Origin: Bacillota bacterium
GTDB lineage: Bacteria; Bacillota; Limnochordia; DTU087
Assembly (NCBI GenBank): GCA_012519025.1
Contig: JAAYQZ010000040.1
Coordinates: forward strand, 5,294 to 69,293
Reading direction: 5' to 3'
DNA: 64,000 nucleotides
Numbering within the stretch: the first letter of the stretch is position 1; each line of letters starts with the position of its first letter. The position numbers were made by a program, and so were the translations under genes. Positions 28,014 through 37,794 of this stretch are shown one piece after another. Below the pieces are notes generated by a model that saw only the letters and a list, made by a program, of their open reading frames with translations, did not search any database and had not been told where the DNA came from.

Positions 28014-28160
28014 TGCACCTTTTATCCCCTTTCAAAGCTCCTGTTCTGGTGTTTAGTCAATAGACAGGCAGATGCTTAAATTACTTGCCTTAATTAGCTT
28101 TGCTATAGAAGCAAGGAATCCTGCTTAAGCGAGTTTTAGACACAAAGAGGTGTGTTTATA

Positions 28161-31100
28161 TTGTCCTTCGTTCACTTACATGTTCATTCGCCCTTTTCTT
28201 TTCTCGATGGAGCCAGCCCTTTAGAGGATTTGGTGCACCAAGCTGCTGAGTTTAATTTACCGGCTTTGGCGATCACAGATCACAACAATGTAAGTGCCGC
28301 TGTTCGATTTTATAATCTGGCTGTAGATGCCGGAATCAAACCTATTCAAGGAGCAGAACTTACTTTAGAAAACAGCCATCATTTAATAGTCCTTGCCCAA
28401 AATCCTCAAGGTTACGCCAATTTGTGCAGGCTTTTAACGGAAGCATATCAAAAAGGAGGCCGTTTGGACCCCCGAATATCTATTGATACCCTTGAAAAAT
28501 ACCGTGATCATCTGATCTTTTTATCCGGCTGCCGCCGAGGAGAAATCCCCTCTCTCGTTTTAAAAGGTGAATTTGTTCAAGCTAAACAGGTGGCACAATT
28601 TTACAGTGAACTTGCCGGACAGGGTAATTTTTATATGGAACTGATCTTCGACTTTTTACCTTACACCGCTGAGTTGAACAGCGCCTTAGCTGATCTGGCA
28701 CAAGAACTTGGGCTTCCCATTGTGGCCACCAACAACGTCCACTACAGCCGTAAAGAACATTTTCCTTTACATGATACCTTAACCTGTATCCGCACAGCGA
28801 CCAAAATCCACGATGTCCATGTGGAAAGACGATTAAATGCGGAAAACTATTTAAAATCTCCCCAAGAAATGGCGCGGCTGTTTGCTGATTACCCGTCCGC
28901 AGTCGAGGCTGCAAAGGAAATAGCCTCTCGCTGCCGGCCGGCTTTAGATTTAAAAAGACGCCTTTTCCCAGCGTTCCCCACCCCCAAAAACCAACCTCCA
29001 CAAGCCTATTTAAAAAAACTTACTTACCAAGGCGCAAAAGAGCGCTACGGCACTATTACTCCTCAAATTCGGCAAAGGTTAGAGCATGAGCTGGCCATCA
29101 TCACTGCTTTGCAGGTAGAAGACTATTTTTTGGTGATGTGGGATATTGCCTCCTTCGCCCGCAAACAAGGCATTCGATATGCGGGGCGGGGTTCAGCAGC
29201 AGATTCAGCTGTTGTTTACTGCTTAAAGATCACCGAGGTGGATGCTGTTGCCCGTGGTTTGCTGTTTGAGCGGTTCTTGAGTTTGGAAAGGGCTCAAAAA
29301 CCCGATATTGATATTGATTTTGATGCCCGCTACCGAGATTATGTAGCCCAATATGTCTACAATAAATATGGTGATGAGCATGTAGCCTCTGTCTGCACTT
29401 TTAACACTTTCCGGGCTCGTTCGGCTTTAAGAGATTTTGGCAAAGCCTTGGGATTTCCCGCAGAGGAAATTGATCAGCTGGCCAAAAGATTTCCCCACAT
29501 ACCTGCTGATGCCATCCAAAAAGCCATTGGTCGATTTCCTGAGCTTAAAAAAAGCACTTTGCCTTTTTGGCGATACCAACAGCTGTTTGAGTTGTGTCGG
29601 CAAGCCGCGGGATTTCCTCGCTTCATCGGCACCCATTTAGGGGGACTTGTCATCTGCAGCCAACCATTAGAAACAGTCACTCCTCTGCAACCTGCAGCCA
29701 AAGGAGTTTTAATCACGCAGTTTGATAAACACGATGTAGAGGCACTTGGGCTTATAAAACTTGACCTTTTGTCTTTGCGCACCCTTTCTGCTGTAGAGGA
29801 TACGGTTAAATCCATTAACGAAACAAAATCTGATGATGTTCCGTATGAGCACAACGAACATCCTGATGGCAGGTGCTCTGCATTTTCCTATGACAAAATC
29901 CCACTGGATGATGATTTAACATACAAGCGCTTAAATACAGGAAAGACTATCGGCGCCTTTCAGCTGGAAAGTCCCGCCCAAAGGGCTCTACAGGCCCGTT
30001 TAAATGCCTCAAACATTGAGGATATTGTGGCCAGTGTGGCCTTAATTCGGCCTGGTCCCATCCAGGGTGATATGGTGGAACCGTTTATTGCCCGCCGCCA
30101 CGGTCAAGAAGCCCCGACTTATATACATCCGGCACTTGAGCCTATTTTGGCAAAAACGTATGGAGTTGTTTTGTACCAGGAACAAGTGATCGAAATTGCC
30201 ACTGCTGTGGCGGGATTCACACCAGGGGAATCGGATCGGCTGCGGCGAGTGATGACAAGCTTTCGCTCTCAGGAGGAAATGGATGCCATTGGTCGGGAAT
30301 TTGTCTCTAAGGCCATTGCTAAAGGCGTAGAACCCGAGATAGCGAAAACTATTTTCTCCTACATTCTTGGTTACGCGGGCTATGGTTTTTGCGAAGCTCA
30401 TGCAGCTGCTTTTGGTGATACAGCCTATAAAACCAGCTACCTTTTAGAACATTATCCCGCCCATTTTTATGCTGCCATTTTAAACAATCAGCCGATGGGC
30501 TTTTATCCGCCCAATACTATTTGTCTTGAAGCCAGGCGGCGCAATATTCCCATACTGCCTTTGGATATAAATATCAGCGGTAGGGAGTTTGCTGTAGAAA
30601 AGATTGATTTAGATAAACCCCGCCAGAATCAGTTGGAGTGCCAAAGTCAGTTGGGGATCCGGGTGCCGTTATCTCAAACTGCCGGCATGGATCAAGCATC
30701 TTTAGAACAGATTCTCAATAATCGCCGGCGCTTTGGGCCTTATAAGTCGCTGGCAGATTTTTACCAACGCACTCAATCAGCTGTAGATATTGTCACCAAC
30801 TTGATTCTCGGTGGGGCTTTTGAACGTTTGCACAGCAATCGGCGCCAGCTGCTTTGGGATCTAAAAAAGATCCGCACCATGTACAACCATCAAAACCAGA
30901 CCAGCCTTTTTTCTTTTGATTCCCAACTGCTTTTAGATGGAGAAGAAAAACAATACCAGGTAACGGATTTCTCTGATAAAGAAAAATTCCTACAGGAGTA
31001 TGCTTCTCTTGGGATCGGCATAGACACCCATTTGATGGCTTTTTTTCGCAAGAAGCTGACTTCACGCCGTGTATTAAGCAGTCTGGACTTGGAAGGGACG

Positions 31101-31367
31101 CCTGCCGGGCACACTGTAAGTGCCGCGGGTATTGTCATCAGACCCCACCGCCCTCCCACCAAAAGCGGGCGCACTGTGGTGTTTTTAACTTTGGAGGATG
31201 AATTCGGCATGATCGATGTGACTATCTTTGAAAACATATATAAGCGTTACGGGCACATTATCTTCACTGAACCGGCACTGCTTGTCAGGGGGAAATTGGA
31301 ACAAAGGGGCAATGCCAAGAGCATCACTGCTCGAAAAATCGAGGCACTGCCCCTAACGAGGCTTTAA
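28161..31367 (+). CDS. dnaE2: DnaE2-type (error-prone) DNA polymerase III alpha subunit
   Basis: PHP domain HLHVHS, GRGSAA, PDIDIDFD, THLGG (DnaE1 has HAAG), FQLESPAQ, GYGFCEAHA, OB fold; TTG follows GAGGTG; linked to the imuB-like gene. Confidence 0.82.
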   Translation: MSFVHLHVHSPFSFLDGASPLEDLVHQAAEFNLPALAITDHNNVSAAVRFYNLAVDAGIKPIQGAELTLENSHHLIVLAQNPQGYANLCRLLTEAYQKGGRLDPRISIDTLEKYRDHLIFLSGCRRGEIPSLVLKGEFVQAKQVAQFYSELAGQGNFYMELIFDFLPYTAELNSALADLAQELGLPIVATNNVHYSRKEHFPLHDTLTCIRTATKIHDVHVERRLNAENYLKSPQEMARLFADYPSAVEAAKEIASRCRPALDLKRRLFPAFPTPKNQPPQAYLKKLTYQGAKERYGTITPQIRQRLEHELAIITALQVEDYFLVMWDIASFARKQGIRYAGRGSAADSAVVYCLKITEVDAVARGLLFERFLSLERAQKPDIDIDFDARYRDYVAQYVYNKYGDEHVASVCTFNTFRARSALRDFGKALGFPAEEIDQLAKRFPHIPADAIQKAIGRFPELKKSTLPFWRYQQLFELCRQAAGFPRFIGTHLGGLVICSQPLETVTPLQPAAKGVLITQFDKHDVEALGLIKLDLLSLRTLSAVEDTVKSINETKSDDVPYEHNEHPDGRCSAFSYDKIPLDDDLTYKRLNTGKTIGAFQLESPAQRALQARLNASNIEDIVASVALIRPGPIQGDMVEPFIARRHGQEAPTYIHPALEPILAKTYGVVLYQEQVIEIATAVAGFTPGESDRLRRVMTSFRSQEEMDAIGREFVSKAIAKGVEPEIAKTIFSYILGYAGYGFCEAHAAAFGDTAYKTSYLLEHYPAHFYAAILNNQPMGFYPPNTICLEARRRNIPILPLDINISGREFAVEKIDLDKPRQNQLECQSQLGIRVPLSQTAGMDQASLEQILNNRRRFGPYKSLADFYQRTQSAVDIVTNLILGGAFERLHSNRRQLLWDLKKIRTMYNHQNQTSLFSFDSQLLLDGEEKQYQVTDFSDKEKFLQEYASLGIGIDTHLMAFFRKKLTSRRVLSSLDLEGTPAGHTVSAAGIVIRPHRPPTKSGRTVVFLTLEDEFGMIDVTIFENIYKRYGHIIFTEPALLVRGKLEQRGNAKSITARKIEALPLTRL

Positions 31368-31386
31368 CAGCTGTGTATTTTGCGGT

Positions 31387-32427
31387 TTATCGGTAAACAC
31401 CGTAAGTTTCCGCCGTTTCCACTATGATTTCTGCACTGCGTAAGCTTGCATTGGCGGGATACTCACAGCCTGTTGCCAAAATAAAGCCTCCGCCTTTTTT
31501 ATACCAATCCAACTGCTTTTGGCATTCTGCCCTTACTTCCGCTTCAGAGGCGCCAGCAACCCAAGTTGGATCAATATGTCCAATTAATGTGGTTGTGCGT
31601 CCGTATTTTTCTTTGAGCTGGCTAGGACTTACCACATCATCCGGTAGATGCAAAAACGAAATCGCTTCCGGCTGCATAGTCTCTATTTGGGCGTCAAAAT
31701 AGTTGCCATTGCCGCAGTTGTGGACCATAACCATACAGTTTCGCCCATGGATATGGTTGGCCAGTTTTTTAACGTAAGCACCCTCAAATTCCAGCCACAT
31801 GGACTTACCCATAATCGACTTTGAGGCAAACAGCGTGTCGAGCATGACAGCGTGAACCCCCGTATCTATCAAAGCATCGATATATTCCAAAAGAGTTTCC
31901 GTGATGGCGGCTGCAGCGTATTTAACTGGCTTTGGTTCCAGCATCAAATCCATAAACAAAGCCGCCTGACCCCTCAGCATACTTAAAATGCCCAAAGGAC
32001 CAAACACGAAGGCTATAATCGGCAGAGTGTCGCCCTTCGCTTGAACGAGCCTTTGACACAGCTTAATATGTTCACCCATGCGTGTGCCTTGACGGGGATC
32101 GATGGGTCTAAGTCCTAGGTAATCGTCGGCAGTTTCCATTAGAGGCTTATCAAAGTTTGGATGGGCAGCCTCATTTTCCGGATAAACCAGCTCTGCGCCA
32201 AAATCTGCTGCTTCCACGGAAAGATCAATTAAAGTACAGATTGCATCTAGACGATATTGGTCTGCCGCCCTTATATACGCTTCAGCGGCAACATCTGCAT
32301 TTGTGGCCCATTCATGATATGTTGCATTGACCAACTTTCGGGTAACTCCGGCCACCAACGGATATACAGGCACTCGATCCGGTTCTTCAAACTGCAGTGT
32401 CCGCATGACGCGTTCTAACGAATTCAA
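31387..32427 (-). CDS. Uroporphyrinogen decarboxylase superfamily protein (MtaA/CmuA-like methyltransferase)
   Basis: SLERV...EPDRVPV, DLSVEA, HNCG and GGFILATGCE (His/Cys/Cys Zn ligands). Confidence 0.75.
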   Translation of the reverse strand: MNSLERVMRTLQFEEPDRVPVYPLVAGVTRKLVNATYHEWATNADVAAEAYIRAADQYRLDAICTLIDLSVEAADFGAELVYPENEAAHPNFDKPLMETADDYLGLRPIDPRQGTRMGEHIKLCQRLVQAKGDTLPIIAFVFGPLGILSMLRGQAALFMDLMLEPKPVKYAAAAITETLLEYIDALIDTGVHAVMLDTLFASKSIMGKSMWLEFEGAYVKKLANHIHGRNCMVMVHNCGNGNYFDAQIETMQPEAISFLHLPDDVVSPSQLKEKYGRTTTLIGHIDPTWVAGASEAEVRAECQKQLDWYKKGGGFILATGCEYPANASLRSAEIIVETAETYGVYR

Positions 32428-32630
32428 CCTGCCACCTCCTGCTTAATTGACAACCTGAATCAGTACTTATCTCATTAACTATAGATATATTTCTGTTACC
32501 GGCCAATTTTCCCTGCTGATGGAATTTGCGGAAATAAAAGTTTGCAAAAGACGCGCATATTATGTTTTAGATGGGAGGAATTGGGGTACGGATGTTAATG
32601 GTAACTAATATTAATTGCAGGAGGTACAAC

Positions 32631-33287
32631 ATGAGTAACCGTATGCCTTTGATTGGAGATCGTTTTCCTGAACTGCGTGTCGAAACTACCCATGGTGCCA
32701 TGAATTTGCCAGAGGACTATGCAGGCAAATGGTTTGTGCTTTTCAGCCACCCCGGCGATTTCACGCCGGTATGTACAACGGAGTTCATCGCTTTTGAGCG
32801 TCTGCGCCAAGAATTTGCTGATCTCAACTGCGACCTATTGGGATTATCGGTTGACCAGGTATTTTCCCATATCAAATGGGTAGAGTGGATTCGAGACAAC
32901 CGCGATGTGGATGTGCAGTTCCCCATTATTGCCGATGAATTGGGCGTTGTCTCCAACGCTTTGGGTATGCTGCATCCAGGTAAAGGAACTAATACCGTCC
33001 GTTCGGTATTCATCATTGACGACAAAGGAGTTATCCGCATTATACTCCACTACCCACAAGAGATTGGGCGCAACATGGATGAGATCCTGCGGGCACTAAA
33101 GGCTTTGCAGACCCATGAAGAACACAAAGTGGCTTTACCGGCCAACTGGCCCAATAACGAGGATCTGGGAGATAAGGTTATAATCCCACCGCCAACTAAT
33201 GTTAAAGACATTAAAACCCGCTTGGAAGGCGCTGAAGCCGGCAAATATAAATGCTGGGATTGGTGGTTCTGCTATAGGGATCTATAG
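32631..33287 (+). CDS. Peroxiredoxin (Prx6 subfamily)
   Basis: [29 protein letters not shown]-terminal CWDWWFC; ATG follows AGGAGG. Confidence 0.92.
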   Translation: MSNRMPLIGDRFPELRVETTHGAMNLPEDYAGKWFVLFSHPGDFTPVCTTEFIAFERLRQEFADLNCDLLGLSVDQVFSHIKWVEWIRDNRDVDVQFPIIADELGVVSNALGMLHPGKGTNTVRSVFIIDDKGVIRIILHYPQEIGRNMDEILRALKALQTHEEHKVALPANWPNNEDLGDKVIIPPPTNVKDIKTRLEGAEAGKYKCWDWWFCYRDL

Positions 33288-33329
33288 ATTTTAAATATTT
33301 CCACTTTCGAACAGGCGGATGTAAACAAC

Positions 33330-33363
33330 TCGGCAGTTGTCTTAATCATACAGGCAGCTGCCG
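33330..33363. terminator. Hairpin between the convergent prx and creatininase genes
   Basis: CGGCAGTTGTCT/AGGCAGCTGCCG inverted repeat; weak U-tails. Confidence 0.4.
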
Positions 33364-33366
33364 TTC

Positions 33367-34302
33367 TCATTCCGGTAATTTCACCAACCAATGCAGCCAA
33401 TGGAGCATGGGCTTGGCAAGCCGTGCCGGTTCTTTACCCTGTTTGATAACCTCATCAAGCATTTTTTCTGCAGCTTTTATGCGGGCATTCAGCATTGCTT
33501 CGCCTGCGGCTGTTTTACCCTTTTTGGGATCCCCCATATAAGCCAGCATATCCTCATCGCTGATCCAAGCGAGCGTATTGGCCAAATGTTTTAGATCCTT
33601 GCCCCAACTGGTCTGATCAAAAGCCGCACCAACACGATAGAGTAATTTGGCAAAGCCTTTAGGCCGAGGCGGCAGTGAAGCCGCGATCACAGCAGTGTCT
33701 TTAACTAAATCAGGCCGAACAGCCAGAAGTAAAGCAGTCTCATTGGTGCCGGCATGGGCATCAGCATCATCTCCGCACTCTCCCGGGCCAAGGCCGGTTA
33801 AAGCCAGGAACTCTTCATCATGGTGCACCATAAGGCGAAATACTAGGTTAAAAGGAGCTATGATGGCAAAACGCCACCGTTTCCATGCCCGTGTACTGGC
33901 TCGATACAGTGCCATTTGGTCGCGGGGCCCACCGTGGTTGTCTGCCACAAGTAAATACTTAAACCCCTGCTTTGCCAGGCCTTGGGCGTAGTCTAAAAGC
34001 ACAGCCTCCAGGGCCGTTGCCCGCACTGAAAGACTGCCGGTTACAGGTAATGCGTCACTGCCGCAGTAAAGATCCGGCAGTGTTAGACAAGTAAACCCGG
34101 GGTAGTGGCCGTTAATGATTTTCATATAACGCCGCTGCAGTTCCTGAGCTATGAATATATCTGTCCCTACCGGCAAATGGGGCCCATGGGCTTCAATGGG
34201 GCTGACGGTGATCAAGCAAATAGTTTTGTCTTTGTCCAATGCTTCCAGCTCCGGTAAAGTTAAATGCACATATTCCTTTCCTGCTGTCGTTGACTTAGAC
34301 AT
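33367..34302 (-). CDS. Creatininase/creatinine amidohydrolase family protein
   Basis: EAHGPHLPVGTD, NHGG, HAGTNET motifs; ATG follows GGAGGTG. Confidence 0.85.
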   Translation of the reverse strand: MSKSTTAGKEYVHLTLPELEALDKDKTICLITVSPIEAHGPHLPVGTDIFIAQELQRRYMKIINGHYPGFTCLTLPDLYCGSDALPVTGSLSVRATALEAVLLDYAQGLAKQGFKYLLVADNHGGPRDQMALYRASTRAWKRWRFAIIAPFNLVFRLMVHHDEEFLALTGLGPGECGDDADAHAGTNETALLLAVRPDLVKDTAVIAASLPPRPKGFAKLLYRVGAAFDQTSWGKDLKHLANTLAWISDEDMLAYMGDPKKGKTAAGEAMLNARIKAAEKMLDEVIKQGKEPARLAKPMLHWLHWLVKLPE

Positions 34303-34354
34303 CTGTTCACCTCCGATATTGTCAGTCAAATGCCTATCTATTTCCTAATCCTAT

Positions 34355-34379
34355 ATTCTCCCATCCTGTTTTTGTACCT
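34355..34379 (-). promoter_or_regulatory. SigH-like promoter upstream of the creatininase gene
   Basis: AGGT-17 bp-GAAT. Confidence 0.45.
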
Positions 34380-34492
34380 TCCCTGCCGCAGTCCGGCACC
34401 GGTGTGCCAATGGTGTGCCTTATCTATATATCCCGGTTAAAACGCCAATACTAAGGAGAGTCAATTTAAGGTGCAAAACACGTGCCGGAGTG

Positions 34493-36736
34493 ATGTCTGT
34501 GGTTTTTGGCCGATTAACAGGTAAATATCGCAAATGGCTTGTGGCATTGGCTGTTGTTTTCTTAGCTTTGCCGTTGGCTTTGTACGTGCGGGGCTGGTTT
34601 TTGCTGCGTGAGTTTGAAAACACCGGTCCTATGCATACCTCGAAACTTATCGCCGATAATGGTGAGATATTTGCAACATTGGGCAAAGGCCCTGCCCATT
34701 ATATCCACTTCGAAGATATACCCAAAAACATGAAAAACGCCATCGTTGCCATTGAGGACAGGTGGTTTTACAAACACCCCGGATTCAATCCTATCGCAAT
34801 ACTCAGAGCCATTTACGTCGATTTCCGGGCCAGAAGAAAGGTGTTGGGAGCAAGCACCATCACACAACAGCTGGCGAAAAATCTTTTTCTCACCCATAAA
34901 AAGACTTTTACTCGCAAGGCAGAAGAGTTGATTTTGGCTCTGGTGTTGGAGCAGCGCTACACTAAGAATGAGATATTGGAACTGTACCTGAATCGCATTT
35001 ATTTCGGCAAGGGAAGCTACGGTATCGAGGCGGCAGCCCGAACCTACTTAGGTAAACATGCCGGGGATCTCAGCTTGCCAGAATCTGCTTTACTTGCGGC
35101 TATTCCCCGCTCTCCTGCCAATTACGACCCTTATGTAAACCCCAAGCTTGCTTTGGAAAGACGGAACCTTGTGCTGGAAAGGATGCAGGTTTTAGGGATG
35201 ATCACAAAAGAGGAGCTGAGCGCTGCAGCTGAAACTCCCCTAGAGCTTGACCGTTTGGAGCTGGGCTTTGCCCCATACTTTGTCGATTACGTGAGAAAAC
35301 TTTTAGAGGACAAATATGGTACTTCCTTAGTCAACAAAGGAGGACTGAGGGTACATACAACTTTGAACATGGACTACCAGACCGCGGCCCAAAAAGCTTT
35401 CAGCAGCCAAGATCTCCAAGGTGCTTTAGTGGCCATTGACCCTGACAGTGGTGGTATCAAAGCTATGGTGGGTGGCCGTGATTACGCTGCTTCCCAATAC
35501 AACCGTGCAACAAGGGCCTTTCGTCAGCCGGGTTCCGCGTTTAAGCCTTTCATCTATGCCGCGGCTTTAGAAGCGGGGTGGCAGCAAAATACCCTTGTGG
35601 AGGACACTCCCAAGGAATATGCCGGGTACGCGCCTACTAACTGGCAATCCCAATATTGGGGCCCGGTGATTATGAAACATGCAATGGCGGTTTCTTTAAA
35701 CAACGCGGCAGTTTGGACCCTGAATTCTGTTGGTGTGGACAAAACCCTGAAACTGGCTAAAGACATGGGCATCTCTTCTCTTGTTCCGGAAGATCGAAAT
35801 CTTTCATTGGCCTTGGGAGGTCTTACAAAAGGGGTATCGCCTTTGGAATTGGCCGGAGCTTTCGTGCCCTTTGCCAATGGAGGCCTTCGCTACGAAACCA
35901 AAGCAATTGAGCGGGTGTTGGATGCCGATGGCAGGGTTTTGGAAAGCAATCCATCTCAAGGGGTGCGGGTAATCACATCCAGTACAGCGTATTTGATTAC
36001 TGATATGCTGAAAGCGGTTTTAGAATATGGGACAGGTAGAAACCTGCCGATCAACCGCCCGGCAGCAGGAAAAACCGGCACTACTGATGAGAAAGTCAGT
36101 GTCTGGTTCGCAGGGTATACCCCTAGTTTGGCGGCAGTCGTATATATTGGCAACGATCAGGGCGAACCTCTGCCCGGGTTTGGCAGTTCATTGGCCGGCC
36201 CGGTTTGGGCCGAGTTTTTAGAAACTGCCCTTGCTGAAGAACCGCCTTGGGATTTCGATGTGCCCCGACAGATTATTACAGGTGTACCAATTCATATTTT
36301 CTCAGGATTGTTGGCTGGGCCGGAGTGTGATTGGGTTGTCGATTGTGCGTTTATACAGGGAGCAGAGCCCAGGGAATATGCTCCCTGCGGTCCCGGACAA
36401 AGCCAAGCAGATGGCGCACCGGCGGAACACAAGCCCCTGCCTATACCCACACCCACCAGGCCAAATTCGGAAAGTGCGGGTGATGTGACACCTAGTACCC
36501 CAAGAAACGAAGCACCTGGTAGTGGTGCCGATTCTGCACCAAATCCCCATGTGGGGGAAAGGCCAAAGGACAGACCCAGCCTAAGACCAAGGCCCGATAC
36601 AGTGCCTAATACCGAGCCCGGTACCGGGCAGCCGGATGTAGAACTTGATACCGAGCGAACAGAAAAACCGGCCCCAGGAGCAAACGACATTGAGCATGAA
36701 CCTGGGCCCGGCGGCCCCCCCCGACGGGGGAGTTAG
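34493..36736 (+). CDS. Class A penicillin-binding protein (PBP1A family)
   Basis: Transmembrane anchor; GT51 motifs EDRWFYKHPG, GASTITQQLAKN, RKAEE; transpeptidase motifs SAFK, SLN, KTG; Pro-rich tail. Confidence 0.93.
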   Translation: MSVVFGRLTGKYRKWLVALAVVFLALPLALYVRGWFLLREFENTGPMHTSKLIADNGEIFATLGKGPAHYIHFEDIPKNMKNAIVAIEDRWFYKHPGFNPIAILRAIYVDFRARRKVLGASTITQQLAKNLFLTHKKTFTRKAEELILALVLEQRYTKNEILELYLNRIYFGKGSYGIEAAARTYLGKHAGDLSLPESALLAAIPRSPANYDPYVNPKLALERRNLVLERMQVLGMITKEELSAAAETPLELDRLELGFAPYFVDYVRKLLEDKYGTSLVNKGGLRVHTTLNMDYQTAAQKAFSSQDLQGALVAIDPDSGGIKAMVGGRDYAASQYNRATRAFRQPGSAFKPFIYAAALEAGWQQNTLVEDTPKEYAGYAPTNWQSQYWGPVIMKHAMAVSLNNAAVWTLNSVGVDKTLKLAKDMGISSLVPEDRNLSLALGGLTKGVSPLELAGAFVPFANGGLRYETKAIERVLDADGRVLESNPSQGVRVITSSTAYLITDMLKAVLEYGTGRNLPINRPAAGKTGTTDEKVSVWFAGYTPSLAAVVYIGNDQGEPLPGFGSSLAGPVWAEFLETALAEEPPWDFDVPRQIITGVPIHIFSGLLAGPECDWVVDCAFIQGAEPREYAPCGPGQSQADGAPAEHKPLPIPTPTRPNSESAGDVTPSTPRNEAPGSGADSAPNPHVGERPKDRPSLRPRPDTVPNTEPGTGQPDVELDTERTEKPAPGANDIEHEPGPGGPPRRGS

Positions 36737-37794
36737 ATGTTGACTGATATCAGCCAGTCGGCAATATCTTGAATTATGTGTTGTGCATTTTCTGTATCCA
36801 GATCCGGCAGATTGTTTAACCCATCCAAGGCTGCCTGCAAGGCATTCTTTTCCAGGGCCCTGCCTTCCATGGCCGGCCCGAGGGCCAATATTAGGTGGGG
36901 TTCCATGGCATCGGAAAAAATTGTCGCCTGTTCAATTTTCCCTCCGGCTAATTTGAGTCCCAGCTCTATCCCACCCCAAGGGAACCTGTGCTCAAGGGAA
37001 AGATCAAAAGCCGGTGTCTGACCAAACCTCCACTCCCAGGAAGCATACTTTTCGTAAAGCCCTTTTAAAACCGGATATTCCTGTTCTAAATTGTCATGAA
37101 AAGCAACTTCATCCCCTAGGGGGGTGTAGAGTTCTTTGAAACTGGCCACAAGTGCCTGCTTCATGGATTCCACATCAACACCGGGGTTCAATTCAGACAA
37201 GTTTACCACTCGGGATTGAACAGAACTGATCCCTTTGGTCGCCATTTTCTCTTTGGATACTTGAAGATAGCGACCCATTTTATCAAAGTCCGCGGCTATA
37301 AGAATTGTACCGTGGTGATAGGCCCGATCACCGTGCTTGTAAAAGGCATTGCCGGAAAATTTGCGGCCTTGGGCCAAAATATCATTGCGCCCTGAAAACT
37401 CGGCCGGAATACCGAGACTTGCAGCGGCGTTTAGGATTACCTGAAGCTGTTTGTCCAAGTTGTACGCCTTGCGACTTGTGATAAAGGTGAAGTTGAGGTT
37501 GCCAAGATCGTGATAGACCGCGCCACCTCCGGAAAGGCGCCGGGCCAGTTTACCGCCTTCCTCGGCAAGCAGTTCATGGCGGCATTCCTTCCACGCGTTT
37601 TGGTTGCGACCGATGACTACTGTGTTCTGATTCTGCCACAGGTATAAGATGGTGCCTTTTTGTTTGGTCCCCACAAGCAGCATCTCTTCCCACGCCAAGT
37701 TATACCATGGATCGACTGAATTTGAGAGCACAACGGCGGCATCCGCCCACCTGCCTAGAGACGCTTGATGAAGTCTTGTGTCACTAGTCTGCAA
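36733..37794 (-). CDS. lplA: Lipoate-protein ligase A
   Basis: NLAWEE, VIGRNQNAW, RRLSGGGAVYHDLGN, GRND, KFSGNA motifs. Confidence 0.92.
   Translation of the reverse strand: MQTSDTRLHQASLGRWADAAVVLSNSVDPWYNLAWEEMLLVGTKQKGTILYLWQNQNTVVIGRNQNAWKECRHELLAEEGGKLARRLSGGGAVYHDLGNLNFTFITSRKAYNLDKQLQVILNAAASLGIPAEFSGRNDILAQGRKFSGNAFYKHGDRAYHHGTILIAADFDKMGRYLQVSKEKMATKGISSVQSRVVNLSELNPGVDVESMKQALVASFKELYTPLGDEVAFHDNLEQEYPVLKGLYEKYASWEWRFGQTPAFDLSLEHRFPWGGIELGLKLAGGKIEQATIFSDAMEPHLILALGPAMEGRALEKNALQAALDGLNNLPDLDTENAQHIIQDIADWLISVNI

Noticed and set aside
28035-28046. AAGC-TCCT-GTTC as a LexA box for dnaE2
   Set aside because: Two mismatches in one half-site and more than 110 bp from the gene
28014-28151. 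T-box leader for trpS
   Set aside because: The gap is too short, with no T-box UGGNACC motif and no terminator
36390-36736. Pro/Gly-rich PBP tail as a repeat or frameshift
   Set aside because: Low-complexity tails are common in class A PBPs, and there is no DNA tandem repeat
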